This document shows, one piece after another, positions 51,246 through 64,000 of a stretch of DNA of 64,000 nucleotides. Made by a program: the position numbers and the translations under genes. Within the stretch, counting starts at the first letter, position 1, and each line of letters begins with the position of its first letter. Under the pieces are notes generated by a model. That model had not been told where the DNA came from. It was given only the letters and a program-made list of their open reading frames with translations, and made no database searches. The DNA comes from Amoebidium appalachense (Eukaryota; Protista; Ichthyosporea): positions 8,662,046 to 8,726,045 of the forward strand of contig CAVNZM010000003.1 of assembly GCA_963693365.1 (NCBI GenBank), in the 5' to 3' direction.

Positions 51246-51812
51246 CACTTTTTTCGTTTGGTGTGTGGAAGAATACATGCAATTCGTGTGCAATTATGCA
51301 TGCATTGAATTACATGCATAATATGGACGGTGTGAGCGAGACTTACTGTTTTTTTTCTGGCTTCAGCAGCAAGCTTTGGGGTGACCATGGTACAGCAGTC
51401 AGGTGATTTAGTACACAATTGCATGCCTTCCCAGGTTGCATTAGGAATTGGGCCGGCCACCCACCCGAAAAATACTGCAGATCAAAATTATAAGAAGAAG
51501 TGTCGTGTGGCGTAGATTGTGGGACGAAAAGAAGGCTGCCGAATTCCTTAGTTTTTTATTGGCTGGATTTCAAAATCCTTACCAGCACAAAAATGATGTA
51601 ATACGTCGATAATCACAGTCTCCCTAATTTAGTAAGATAGTGGCCTATTGGGCACATTTGGAGCGTGACGGGTACCTTTTTCGTTGCTGTTGGACTAATT
51701 TGAACGTGGGCCTGAGGTGGGGTCACAGAGAATGCGTTGGTCACATTGTGCACGTATGTGCTACAGCACATGTGTGTTGGTTGCCCGAGGTGGTGGTAGT
51801 GGTGGTGGCGAT

Positions 51813-51870
<58 letters not shown>

Positions 51871-53082
51871 ACACGACGTGCATGTGCATGTGCATGTGTG
51901 TGTGTAGTGGTGGTGGTGGTATACGTAGTGTGGAGCTGGGTGGGTGGGGGTGCGGGGGAGTGAGGGGAGGGGGGGAGGGTGGAGGAAGGAGGGGGAGGGG
52001 GTGGATGGGGAAGCGGGTTCCGATTAGGCTTGTGAGATCGATTCACCAGGGATGATGCTAGACGGAGAGGCTTCATGCCACGTAGTGTGTTCCTCAAATA
52101 TAGGAGTGTGCATGCTTGTGGCATATTTTTTTACCTGGGAGCTGGGGTGTGTATGGGTTTGTGGCTTGCAATCGAAAGTGTTGTCTTTCATTTTATACCT
52201 TAAGGGGAGAGCTGGGAGGGAGGGGAGGGAGGGGGGAGGGGAGGTGAGGGGGAAAGGGGCCGTTTGGGGGTTGGGGGGGGGGGGGGGGGGGGAGGGGGAG
52301 GGGGGGAGGGGGGAAGGGGGAGGCGTAGGATGAATTGGAATGACTCTCATGCATGCATCTATGCCGTCTGTGTTTGTTCTTTTTGGGGGGTGGGTGTGCA
52401 GAAGAAGTAATGCAAGTTGTGTGCAAATGCGGCATGCATTTGCGCGACGACGTATAGCTAATTTTTTCGGCTTCGGCTAATTCTAAAAGTATTCGGGGTG
52501 ACCATGGTACAGTTATAGAGTATACGTACTCCTAGCTTCCAACTGCATGCCTGACTGGGATGCATGCAGCAGGACGTTTGAAACTGGCCACCCGACCAAA
52601 GTAGTCGTCCAAGCCAAGATCATGGGGGCTAGTATTACGTGGTATTTGATTGTGGGACAAATGGGGGAGAGACGCAGATGGGCGAAGGGGTTGTGGGGGA
52701 GAGTCGCTTGCTTTGCGCCGGGGGGGGGGGGGGGGGGGGGGGGAGCCCAAATGGAGGCTGCCACATTCCCTGGTTTTTATTGGCTGTATTCCTTCATCCT
52801 TACCAGCACATTCATGATGTAATATGTATGCTGATAACTGGGACAATAACCGCTCAGTCTCCCTAATTTAGTAAGGATCCGGGCATATCTAGAGCGCCAG
52901 GGTGCACATTTTCGTGGCTGTTGGACGTGGGAGCTCGAGGTGGGCCACAGAGAATTCAGTGGCGAGTGTGTACGTGCGCATGCAGGTGTGTGTGACGGTA
53001 CATTTGTTGGGTGCCCGGGGTGGTGGTGGTGGTGGTGGTGTTAGTTTTTTTTTTTGGGTGGGGTGTGTATGTGTGTGTGTGT

Positions 53083-53125
<43 letters not shown>

Positions 53126-53224
53126 CTTCTCCCCACTCATTTTTCCCTTCCCAGCCTTTGCAATCACAAATACACATGGATGCATAGATAGTCTCCTTTC
53201 ATCTTGTTTATAGTGTGCATTGCA

Positions 53225-53263
<39 letters not shown>

Positions 53264-53561
53264 GTGCGCGAGTGCTCGCTTGCAGTGCCTGTGCAAGCAG
53301 GTGCAAGTGTATACTGGGACATCCGTACATCTCATGTGGTGGTTTGATATCAAATTCTTCATCATTATGCATGCACTCGAAGTTCGATAACTTTACATAC
53401 AGATCTTGTTGCTATAACGTGGGTGTACAGGTAGCGCGGTGCTCATCTGTGCGTATGCACACACCGGAGAACCCTCCATTTATACACACACCCAACACTA
53501 GTTTTCGTCAGCATACACCATATTTATTAATCCAAGCACCATACCTTACACCTTACACCAT

Positions 53562-54342
53562 TCACATTTTCTCATCGCACAACACCCTCAACCTATTATG
53601 CATCAACACACATCCACTCTGCCACGCCCTACCACCCACCTCCCCGTGCACACCCCCATCCACCAGCCTTCCCACTGCTTTTACGTTTGCATCATCAACA
53701 AAACCCGCACTTTTTGCGTCTTCCAAAACGGTTTTTGCACCGTTTCTGTCACCTGTTTCCAGAAGAAACAATGTGTAGATGGCCTTGGCTAGGCCTTTGC
53801 ATTCCAGTGAGTCCTCGCCTGTTGGGGCGATAAAAACATTTGTGTTACTGTCGTGAAACAAACGTGTTTTAGGAAAATAAAAATATCTAGTTTTTATATC
53901 ATAAGTCAAATCATAAATCATAAGTCACTCTTTAGTTTTTCTTTAAACTAATCATAAGTCACTCAGTAGCTCTTGTTCAATGATGATACGGTGACCCAGG
54001 TGAGAGCGTTACTGCCTTGGCTCGTTTATTATAAAGTGATCCAAATTTTTCATTCCAAATCCCCCCCCCCCCCCCCCCCCCCCCCTCCCCTCAACACACA
54101 CACACACACACACGCACACACGCACACACACACACACACAGCCACACCCCTATCCACCAATGGGTCCACCTGTTCCACCCCAGCCCATCACAAGCCGAGC
54201 AAGACAATACAAATACCGAAAGTCACAGTGTCTACACGACCAACTCTTTCATACCACACCATATGTCGCAGCGCACACAGGTGCATAACCACTCCTCTAC
54301 CCCCCCCCCCCCCCCAAAAAAAAAAAAAAAAAAAAAGAAAAG

Positions 54343-54419
<77 letters not shown>

Positions 54420-55155
54420 GGAAGAATTAAAAAAAAAAGAAAACGAAATGGAATAAAAAATCACATAAACACGGCACACATGGTATCCTTGGTTATAGTC
54501 CCCCCCCCCCCCCCCCCCTTCTCCTCCACCTCCTATTCACCCCTCTCCTTTATGCAACAAAGAACACACTCCAAATACAGTTTGTCAAGGAAAACCCTGC
54601 CGACACAGGTCACCATATTCCACAAAGGGCGAGAAAAGGAAGGGGAGGAACAACACAAGAAAAAGCCATTGCCAAAACGGAAATTAAGCAACCACACCAG
54701 CATGCCAACAGTAGTACTACCTGCAACATCGACACGTGCCAGTCTTTCCAGAATGTTCCGGGCATTGCCAGACGTCCCACCCCTGTGCATGGCCCAGGCG
54801 TGGTAGCAGCCTGCCCTCATGCGCTCAGGGAGGATACTGTCACTATCACCATTGACTTCGGCAACCCATGAAACACTGGGGGGGAGGAGGGGGAGGGGAG
54901 CAGGGGGGGGGGGGGGGGGGGGGAGGGGTGGGGGGTGGAGAGGAGGAGGGAGGGGAGGGGGGGGGGGGGGGGGTTAGAGCATGTTAAAAGGCACGAAGCA
55001 TCACTTGTGACGGACAACAGAGTGACATTCTGCAACCAAGAAAGACGAAGAACAAAAAAGAAATAATATGAGTAGAGCAAGTCCTCGCAGGCCAAGTCAT
55101 GCACAGAGCCCGTGTTTCCAGGGAAAGATGGGTGGTGGGTGGGTGGGTGGGGGGT

Positions 55156-55236
<81 letters not shown>

Positions 55237-55895
55237 CCCTGGAGGGGGCGGGGGGAGAGCACCTGGTGAGGGGGGGAAGGGGGAGGGCGGGAGGGAGGGA
55301 GGAGGGAGAGGGGGGAGGGGGAGGGGGGACGTATGCATTAGGGGCTGGAAAGCAAAGGCGTCACATCATGTCACCATCAAGAACACAAAACAGAATTCAA
55401 AATAAACGTGCAACGCATTTCTGCGTGCTTGTGTAGTTGAGTGTGTATGTGTTCATGGGCGAGTGTTAGTGTATGTGTGCATGTATTTTTTGGTTTGTGT
55501 GTGCGCGTGTCTGTGTGTGTGTGCGCGTACACACGCATGAGTGTGTATGTGTGTGTGAATCTCTGTGTGCACGTATGTGTGCTCGCTTTTATTTTTTGTG
55601 TGCATGTGCTTGCTCCTGTTTGTGTGTGTGAATGTACGTGCCTAGTGGTACGATTGTGCCTAATCCTGGCCGCATTTTCCCTCTCCTTTTGCATAATCCT
55701 TTCCTCCCCTAAGTCTCTGTGTGTGTGCTTGCCTATATCCATCTCCTCGTGGTTGTACATGTCAAGGGTTTCGGGTGGTAAACTTTTTTTCTCTATTTCT
55801 TTCTCTGTCTCTTCTATCCCTCTCTTTTTCATTCTTGTTTTTTTTTTCTCCGGAGTAGGGGCAGAGGGTTATTGTGGCTGTGGTAGCGAGTGTGT

Positions 55896-55940
<45 letters not shown>

Positions 55941-57029
55941 ACTCTGGTGATGGGAGTACTGGCTGGTCTTGGTCGGTGACAATATCACTGGCAAGGGCAT
56001 GCGCTAGTGCAACATCATCCTCTGGGGGGGGGGGGGGGGGGGGGGGGATATAAGATTGTGTGTGTGTGTGTGTGTGTGAAGGGTGGGGGGGGGGGGGGGG
56101 GGGGGATTATGTGGGTGTGTGTGTGTGTGTGTGGAGGGGAGGGGAGGGCAGGAGGGGGTTGGGTGTTGGGTGCTGAATGTTTTTTTTTTTTGTTTTTTTT
56201 TGGGAGGGGGGGGGGGGGGGGGGGGGGGAGGGCTGAGGTGGGGTAAGAGTGCAAGGCGGAATGTTAGACCTCGGAGTTATTCCCTCCTCCCTTTGGGAAA
56301 AAGAAAGCAAACATAGTAATTTGTGTATGTATGTGCACATGCGCGAGCCCGCGCGCGTGTGTGTTGGGATGTTCGTTCGAAGACACTATTGATTGATTCA
56401 AAAAAAGGCCGATCGTTAATATGGAAAAATAGAGTTAGCCGATTTCTAACTGTATCTCTGCCTCCTGTAATGTAATGTTGCAAGCCATTCCAAAGACCAG
56501 ACAAAAACCAAATCTCAAAAACCGAAGTCGCGTCATTCACGGTCCCTTCTTCTTGGACTTAAACGATTCGGGCCACGACTTTGACCCGTCAACAGAGAAA
56601 GCAATCTCTTATACACCTCTCATTACTCTTCTTGAGATGTCGTCTTTTCATTACAGGTTCGAAAAACCACATACCATCAAGAAACATCCTTCCAACACAG
56701 AACTTACGGCCCCACCATACAGTGGGGGGGGGGGGGGGGGGGGGGGGGGGGTAAAGGGGACGAGCGGGAGGGGAGGGAGGAGGAAGGGTGGGTGGGTGGG
56801 TGGGGTGGGGTGGGGTGAGGGGGGGGGGGGGAGGGGGGAGGGGGCAACAACCTGCAGCCGTGGGGGATGACGCATACCACCTTGCCACTTGTATGAGTGT
56901 TGGGGCGTCCTTTGCATAGTAGGCACACCGCATGAGAAGATAGGCCTGGGTGGTGTTGGGCCCACATGATGTGCCCCATTGGGTGCATGCATGCACGGCT
57001 ACGTGTGTGTGTGTGTGTGTGTGTGTGTG

Positions 57030-57063
<34 letters not shown>

Positions 57064-57405
57064 AGGGGGGGGGGGGGGGGGGGGGGGAAGTGGGAGGAGG
57101 GGGGAGGGGAAGGGGAGAAGAAGGGGGAGGGAGTTGGGGAGGGGGGGTTGTGTGCGTGTTTGTGTGTGTGTGTGCGCGCGCGCGCGTGAGTGTGCATGGA
57201 GGGGGTGGAGGGAGGGGGTGGGGAATGGGGCGAGGGAGGGAGGGTGGGAGGGTGGGTGAGTGGGGGACGGGGGGGGGTAGGGAGGGGGTTGGGTGTGTGT
57301 GTATGTGTGTGTGTGTGCGTGTGTGTGAGAAATAAAGAGCAAATGTGTAAGTTCATGGGTTAGCATTGATGAGTAGTGAAAAAGGTGTGGACAAAGGGAA
57401 AAGGA

Positions 57406-57446
<41 letters not shown>

Positions 57447-57618
57447 GCAGCAATAAAGCAGCTATTGCGAGGGTGAGATGTAATAATTGGGGGGGGGGGG
57501 GACGAGGTTAACTTACCTGCCTCATAGTCCCCCTTCTCCACACAGCACAGTGTCTTTAACTTGTGCACCTCCCCATCGTTTGGACACACACCGAGTACCC
57601 TGTAACGCGCGCGCGCGC

Positions 57619-57685
<67 letters not shown>

Positions 57686-58472
57686 TGTGTGTGTGTGAAT
57701 GTGTGTATGCGTGCACGGGCACCCGTGTGTATGTGCTTGCGTCAATGACGTGCGTGTGTAGCCTTTCGATTTGAGGAAGGAAGAGGGGAGGGAGGGAGGC
57801 GGGGGGGTTCGGTGCCTGTGTGTGTGGGATGAAGGGAGTGGAGTAGGACGGATTCGAACCAGAAGGCCATAAACACACACACACAGACCCCCCTCTCCCC
57901 CCGCTCCCCCTCCCCTCTCTTAACCGCTCCCTCGCCTGCACAAGCTGCCTTCATCTCCATCTGGCTATCCAACTCTCCCTCATCCCCTCCCCCCAAAAAC
58001 CCCACCCCTGTCCAATTGACATAACTACCTACTCCCCCCCCCCCCCCCCCCCCCTCCCCCCCCCTCCCCCCCCCCCACTTTTTTTTTTTTTTTGGTTTCT
58101 TTCCCCACCACCACGGTCTCCCCGTTTCCTTCTCAGACACCAGCAGCCAGAATATGACCTGATGTACCCGAGGCAATCGAAGTCCAATGGCACATCCAAA
58201 CGTAATTTACGGGAAAAAACCTGTCCGGCAAAGCAAAACCACACAAGGTGAAGACAACATGGTGTATTGTAGGGTGGGTGATGGTTATGCATTTCCCCAT
58301 CGTAATTTCCAGCATTCATCAATACAATCGTCTGTTTTCGTCTGTTTTCCATCGTAGAAATTTTTTCATACCTGTCGCATAGCTGCAGTGCACCTGCATA
58401 GTCCCCCTCATAAAATGCATCTTGTGCATCCGTGACTAGGTCATCCACAGAGATGGGGGTGTCTGGTACGGG
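53562..58472 (-). CDS. Spliced TPR-like repeat protein (at least 6 exons, 5' end unresolved)
   Basis: Exons 58472-58372, 57599-57517, 56998-56852, 56021-55943, 54875-54721 and 53818-53562 all have AG/GT borders and join in phase (822 nt). Translation includes AQDAFYEGDYAGALQLCDRVLGVCPNDGEVHKLKTLCCVEKGDYEAAVHAC and AKAIYTLFLLETGDRNGAKTVLEDA. Possible upstream exon 59116-59082. Confidence 0.8.
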
Positions 58473-58608
58473 CTGCAATGGTTATCACTTTGGTTATTGT
58501 TTTGTTGTTATGTTGCATGTTGTGCATGGTGGGGAACACTGAAGGTTTCCCCTTCTCTCATGCACACACACTCTCACTCGCACTCTGTCTCTATCTATAT
58601 ATTTCTCC

Positions 58609-58646
<38 letters not shown>

Positions 58647-59351
58647 ACACCCTTAGTTTCCATGAAAGCAAAAAGCAACTCCCCCCCCTCCCCCCCACCT
58701 TCCTCAAACACCGAAAAATGAACGGGGAGAAAAGAACAAAGAAATAATACTGAACACCCATCCTCCCCACCCCCTCCCCCCCCCCCCCCCCTCCAACCCA
58801 CCACACCCCCCTCTTCACCCAAGGGTGCGTGCATGTGTGTATGCATGTATGCATGGGGTGAGGGGAGTGTTTTTTGTTTGTTTTTCTTGGGGTGGTGGGG
58901 GTCCCAAACAATTTTTCCTGACCCCCCCCCCCCCCGGGGTTATTTTTCGTGTGCGAGTGGGAAAACGGTTGGGGTGGAGGCAGGAGAGAAGGGGAGGGGG
59001 GTGAGGAGAGAGAGAGAGGGAAAGAGAGAAGGCAAGTGAGACGGAGAGACAGAAATCAAATCCCCCCCCCCCCCCCCCAACCTTCCCCTGGTTCCCGCTC
59101 ATCCACGACCAGATAGCTATCAATTGGGTACACACTCACACACATACACAAATACAAAGAAAAGCAATCAGATACGGGCAACTGTGACACAGATGAGAAT
59201 TGGAGGGAGGAGGCGACAAGAGACGGAGGGTGGGGGGTGAGGGGGGTTGAGCGCGCACGCTCGAAAGAGAGAGAGGGTGGATGGAAGGGGCGAGGGGTTG
59301 GGTGGGGGGGCGAGAGAGAGGGAGAGAGAGAGGGAGAAAGAGAGGGGGGGG

Positions 59352-59395
<44 letters not shown>

Positions 59396-59463
59396 TGGAG
59401 AGAAGGAGAGGGAGAGGGAAGAGGGGGGAGGGGGGAGGGGGTAAAGGAGAGAGAGTGTGAGAA

Positions 59464-59567
<104 letters not shown>

Positions 59568-59699
59568 GAAAGAAGGGAGAGAGCGAAAACAGAGAGAGAG
59601 AAAGAGAGAAGTGAGAGAGAGGGGGGGGGGGGGAGAGGGGGGAGATAGATAGATAGATAGAGAGAGAGAGAAGAGAGAGAGGGGGGGGGGGGGGGGGGG

Positions 59700-59730
<31 letters not shown>

Positions 59731-60405
59731 AGAAATTATGTTTGCTTGTGTGTGTATGACGGAGAGGAAGAAGGGGAGAAGGGGGGGAGGTTGGGGGAGG
59801 TTGAGGGAGGGGTTGACAAAGGGGGACGAGACAGGGGGTGAGAGAAAAAGACTAGAGAGAGAGCAAGAGAGAGAGGCTACGTCCAGAGACAAACATAGAC
59901 GCCAAGAATGGACAATCACAAACAGAGTTCACCCGCAAGCAAACAGTTGCAAACACTCAAGTGTGGGGAAGGCTGTTAGGGTGGAAATTAGCTACAGGAG
60001 GGATACACGGGGTTGGGGGAGATGGGGTGGGGCTGGGTTGGGGACAGCCGCCGAGGTAACTTAGGTTTGTTGTGTGGCTTTGAGGCTTGGAGAGAGCCAC
60101 CAAAAGTACAAGGGAGTCAGTGGCATGGGGCAAGAAGCATAACATGGAGTATAGTAGCTTGAGCTAAACAGAGAGGAGAGGGTGCATCTTAACACTCAAG
60201 ATTGCGGGAGACGTGCATGCGAAAGCATGCTAGCGAAGAGGAGATATGGGGAGGGAGGACGGGCGGGGGTGGGGGGGTTGGGGGGGAGGCGGTAGGAGGA
60301 AGAGGGGAGGGGGGGGGAGGGGTGTTGGTTTCAGGAAGAGGCCAAGCATCTACCTACCATTCTCCTTCCCCTCTCTCAACCTTTCGTTGCTAGACGTGTG
60401 TCGGT

Positions 60406-60525
60406 TTTGTGTATGCAGGCACTGCCGGTTTTTGTGTATGCAGGCACTGCCGGTTTCTGTGTATGCAGGCACTGCCGGATTTGTGTATGCAGCCACTGCC
60501 GGTTTTTGTGTGTACAGGCACTGCC
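60406..60525. repeat. 24-25-bp minisatellite x5
   Basis: Unit tgtgtatgcaggcactgccggtttt starts at 60408, 60433, 60458, 60482 and 60507. Confidence 0.9.
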
Positions 60526-60713
60526 TTCGGCAACCACGCACTCTCGTACGCAAAAGAAATTGTCCACAAGTTAGATGGAAGAACGCGCGTTTGTAGCCGG
60601 GGAAGGTTACTAATGGCTTTAGAAAGATGTTGAAGGTCTCTTACTGTACATAGCTGAACTAACGTTGGTGAGTTCTTGAACGCACCGACTCACCGAGTCC
60701 GCAGGAAGGCGTT

Positions 60714-63700
60714 AATACCCAACTCAAGCTCACCATTGATTCACTCACAGCCCAGCTAAACATTAGTGGATCGCAAAACCCCAAAACTCATGAGCAAACA
60801 TCTCGCGACGGAGACATTTCCACCCCAACACAAAACAACACAGGACCGGAAGCACAGCTCCCGGCAGAGTTCCTAGAATATGCGAACTCTCGTAAAACAC
60901 CCGAGCTCCGCCAAATTGCCAAGGAAACATATGCCAGCATTCTTGCAGGCAACGAGTACCGCCGCAACTCCCCTCCCAAACCGCCGGCTAAGGGGAACAC
61001 CCAAGCAAACGGTAACATCAACATCCCACCCAAATACGAGAGGGTGTATTTCAAAGTCAAGCACGGCAGACGCCCACACAGGGCCATGTGGTCCATCTTC
61101 AAGGCTCTCGGCTTCCGGTGCTCTCGCATCCTTTGTCTGTCCTTCATTGGATACGATGTGCTGGAAGTAGCAGTACGGGGCGACTATAACCGTGCGTTCA
61201 TCCGTGACGCGACAAAGGGGTGTGGAAGCTTCTTCACCCACCTCCCAAGCTACGACCCATGCGCGCCGGAAAACATTCAGAAAGCAGACAAAGAACGTAA
61301 AGTGTCTGCTAAGAATGCGTGCGCCACACGTTGTCGTGTACGCATCAGCAAGGCAAAAGAGTTCCTCGCAAAGTTGGAAAACGATGCTACGAGCGTGATA
61401 GACACGGACACGAAGGAACCAATGTTTTCTGGTGAGAAACTGCTCGAGCGCAAACGCCGATGCGAGATGGAAATCGAGCTCTTCTGCGAACTGTTCGCAC
61501 TGGCGGAAGGTCGTGCATACGACCCCGTAAGCGACAAGTGGGAACCAACCCCACAGGTGTCGGACCAAACCGATGCCTAATTTATCCTTCTTCTTCTGGA
61601 ATGCTCGGACACTGGGCCCCCAAAAGGGCCTCCCCCCCGGGACACTCGACGATAAAATCAGCTACATACAACAACAGACAAACAACCACACGTTTACAGT
61701 GATTTGCGAAACACAGTTTAAAAACCACAACAAATTCAACTCTACATTGGTCGACACATCCACACACCCCGGTTACGCGAAAAACCGCGGCATTATTGTA
61801 CTTGCCGCACCACACGTGAGAGTGAAGTGCAAACCGGTAGCAAAAACGGAATTCTCGGTTTCTATAGAGTTTCTTTCTAATGTTTTTACTTTTGTATATT
61901 ACCCACCATCTATGTCGGTTGTCGAATTGACTCACGAGTTGTCACAGTTACCAATGTCCACTGTTATTTTAGGTGATTTTAACACGCGACTCCACCACAC
62001 AGACACACTGCAAGTGAGTGTCGGGTACCCATCTAAGCCCCCGGAGCGTGCTATCCCTTTAGCAAGGTATGTCCAAAGTCACACTTTGCGGTTCCCTCAA
62101 ATATCCCATGCCCACAACACCGACTGGGGAGTGGCCTTTTGGCCATCAACCATGTCAAAACTCTCTCTCCCTCCTAACCTCTCTAGGTCATCTGACCACT
62201 CTCCTATCCTTTTCCTACCTAAGATCTCCCTTGATCTGCTCCCCCCTCCTCCTCCCACCTTTCGCCTCCGTCTATCCCAGCTTAAGTCACAGTGGGGTAG
62301 AGTTGATGTATGTGTATGCTATGCTACGAAACACCCTATATATATGCGCCTATTAGAATCTGCACAAGCCAGGCCAGATTCACATCTCGTACTAGATACA
62401 TGCACTAACTTTATTGTTGATGATTTGATAGATCTCGGTGATTATGCTGGCGGTGGTAGGAAGGAATATCCCGATGCTCTCTTGTTACCAAACACCACTC
62501 CCGCTAGACTAGGTGAACCCCTGTCTCAAAAGGAAAGCTTGCGCCGGCTTGCTAGTATGAATCGATTTGGCCCCCCTGCTCGTATTATTGGTGATACCAC
62601 TGGAGACCCCCTCATAGACTCTGATAAGTATTTCTCGGAACTGTTTAAAGATAGGACCCCCGCTCAGAAACCTATTGTGTGGCCTGTAGACCCATCTATC
62701 CCCATAGAATCGATCCTCCCCTTTTTCAGCCCCGATGCCATATGGTCTGTGATATCTAGTTATAGCTCTAGTAAGTCTTGTGGACCTGATGGACTCCCTG
62801 CTGGGTTTCTTAAAATCCTTGTTCCCTCCTACCCACAAAAGGAAAGTGATCGTGCTATTAAACCTGATCTTACTATCATGTTAAGCTCTCTCTTTTCTTG
62901 GTGTGTTAAATGTGGACATGTCCCGTCATCTTGGTTAGATACCTTAGTGATCCCCATAGTTAAGAAGGACTCTGAGGGCCCCATATCATCCTTTCGCCCC
63001 ATTACACTAACCCAGGTTGTTCGTAGATTCTTTGAAGCTTGCTTACTTAGGTTATTTGCACACCACCCTAGGTTTCAATCTATTCTTCACATACACCCAT
63101 GCCAATCCGCTTTTCGTAAAAACAATTCATGTTATGTTCAAATAATGGCACTGCACGATTCTATGCAAGTTGGTGCACAATATGTTGGCTTTATTGATTG
63201 GAAAACTGCTTACGATTCTGTCTCCCCTGGTCTCCTATGGGAAAAGCTTGCTGCACGGGGTGTACCACACTGCATTGGTGTTCTGTTAGAAGCACTCTTG
63301 TCTCAAACCTATGGTAGAGCTGTGGTTAATGGGCATCTTTCATATGGTTTTGCTCGTACTAGAGGTCTCTTGCAGGGTTCATTGCTTAGCCCCTTTTTGT
63401 TTAACCTATTTATAGATGATTTGGCTGTCAAGATTTACGCCGAAAACGATGACCCTATTAATAACTTTCCGCCTGCACTTCTCTATGCTGATGATCTGTC
63501 CCTCCTTGCCCGTACCCCTAGACGCCTGCAAAGATTGTTCGATGTAGTGTCAGAGTGGTGCAAGGCAAACCTTATGATCCTTAACATAGACAAATGTGGT
63601 GTTCTTGTACCTGATATAGCTAACAATTTACACACATTTACATTATCATCTAAACCTGTACCTATAGTTCCAGAATACAAATATCTTGGTGTTCCGGTTG

Positions 63701-64000
63701 ATTCTGTTGGTGTTATGTTTCCCCATATGGTCGAAAAGAGGGTAGAGTTGGCTCGTAAGCGGTTAGCTTTCTTCTCGGCTAATATTTTTAAAGACACACC
63801 CCTCCATCCTTCTATTAGACTTACATTTATTCGCACTTTTGTCTTCCCGGCATGTGAATATGGTTTACCCCTTCTCGCCGCTTGGATCAAGAAAGAGAGA
63901 ACTAGAGCGCTTACACCCTTGGCAAATTTCCTTGAAGCAGAAGTTGCCTCCTTTCTATCTAACAACTGTTGTAAACCTGGGCCTGTAACGCTCTCGATAT
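60714..64000 (+). mobile_element. Non-LTR retrotransposon family B, copy 2, 5'-truncated within ORF1, runs off the window
   Basis: Reverse complement of 50232 down to ~46947 with only a handful of differences; ORF1 remnant at 60714-61580. Confidence 0.95.
61573..64000 (+). CDS. LINE B ORF2 (APE-RT), start in frame, 3' incomplete
   Basis: ATG at 61573 gives MPNLSFFFWNARTLGPQKGLPPGTLDDKISY...VICETQF and continues as in copy 1. Absent from the track, as expected for an ORF with no stop in the window. Confidence 0.9.
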   Translation, partial: MPNLSFFFWNARTLGPQKGLPPGTLDDKISYIQQQTNNHTFTVICETQFKNHNKFNSTLVDTSTHPGYAKNRGIIVLAAPHVRVKCKPVAKTEFSVSIEFLSNVFTFVYYPPSMSVVELTHELSQLPMSTVILGDFNTRLHHTDTLQVSVGYPSKPPERAIPLARYVQSHTLRFPQISHAHNTDWGVAFWPSTMSKLSLPPNLSRSSDHSPILFLPKISLDLLPPPPPTFRLRLSQLKSQWGRVDVCVCYATKHPIYMRLLESAQARPDSHLVLDTCTNFIVDDLIDLGDYAGGGRKEYPDALLLPNTTPARLGEPLSQKESLRRLASMNRFGPPARIIGDTTGDPLIDSDKYFSELFKDRTPAQKPIVWPVDPSIPIESILPFFSPDAIWSVISSYSSSKSCGPDGLPAGFLKILVPSYPQKESDRAIKPDLTIMLSSLFSWCVKCGHVPSSWLDTLVIPIVKKDSEGPISSFRPITLTQVVRRFFEACLLRLFAHHPRFQSILHIHPCQSAFRKNNSCYVQIMALHDSMQVGAQYVGFIDWKTAYDSVSPGLLWEKLAARGVPHCIGVLLEALLSQTYGRAVVNGHLSYGFARTRGLLQGSLLSPFLFNLFIDDLAVKIYAENDDPINNFPPALLYADDLSLLARTPRRLQRLFDVVSEWCKANLMILNIDKCGVLVPDIANNLHTFTLSSKPVPIVPEYKYLGVPVDSVGVMFPHMVEKRVELARKRLAFFSANIFKDTPLHPSIRLTFIRTFVFPACEYGLPLLAAWIKKERTRALTPLANFLEAEVASFLSNNCCKPGPVTLSI

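Noticed and set aside
58133-58220. Extra TPR exon (FFPVNYVWMCHW...)
   Set aside because: The direct join of 58372 to 57599 gives a better TPR. The segments at 55640-55880 and 56380-56660 were also left out as unresolved.

Overview
Eukaryotic nuclear DNA (spliceosomal GT-AG introns; species not identifiable from this window), extremely rich in (GT)n, (GA)n and poly-G/poly-C tracts. Most ORF-track entries are microsatellite artefacts. Genes: a 3-exon mitochondrial ATP synthase epsilon gene (12176-15517), a TPR-protein gene with at least 6 exons (53562-58472, minus) and a broken LIM-domain exon pair (3520-4483, minus), all hidden in microsatellite-filled introns. Three intronless genes sit in low-repeat islands: an unknown protein (8134-9267), a PHO80/Pcl-type cyclin and a secreted GH114. 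Mobile DNA: three APE-RT non-LTR retrotransposon copies from two families, a MITE family built from GCAGAATNATTCTGC palindromes, a 430-bp foldback, and a diverged tandem array of 1.1-1.5-kb units (36.7-53.2 kb) split by one LINE with a clean 11-bp TSD. Most unusual signal: in LINE family B the 34 nt just before the A-tract are the reverse complement of the start of ORF2, 3.2 kb away. Both LINE families also appear to end in GTAAACCC rather than poly(A). Several 1-2-nt frameshifts may be assembly indel errors.
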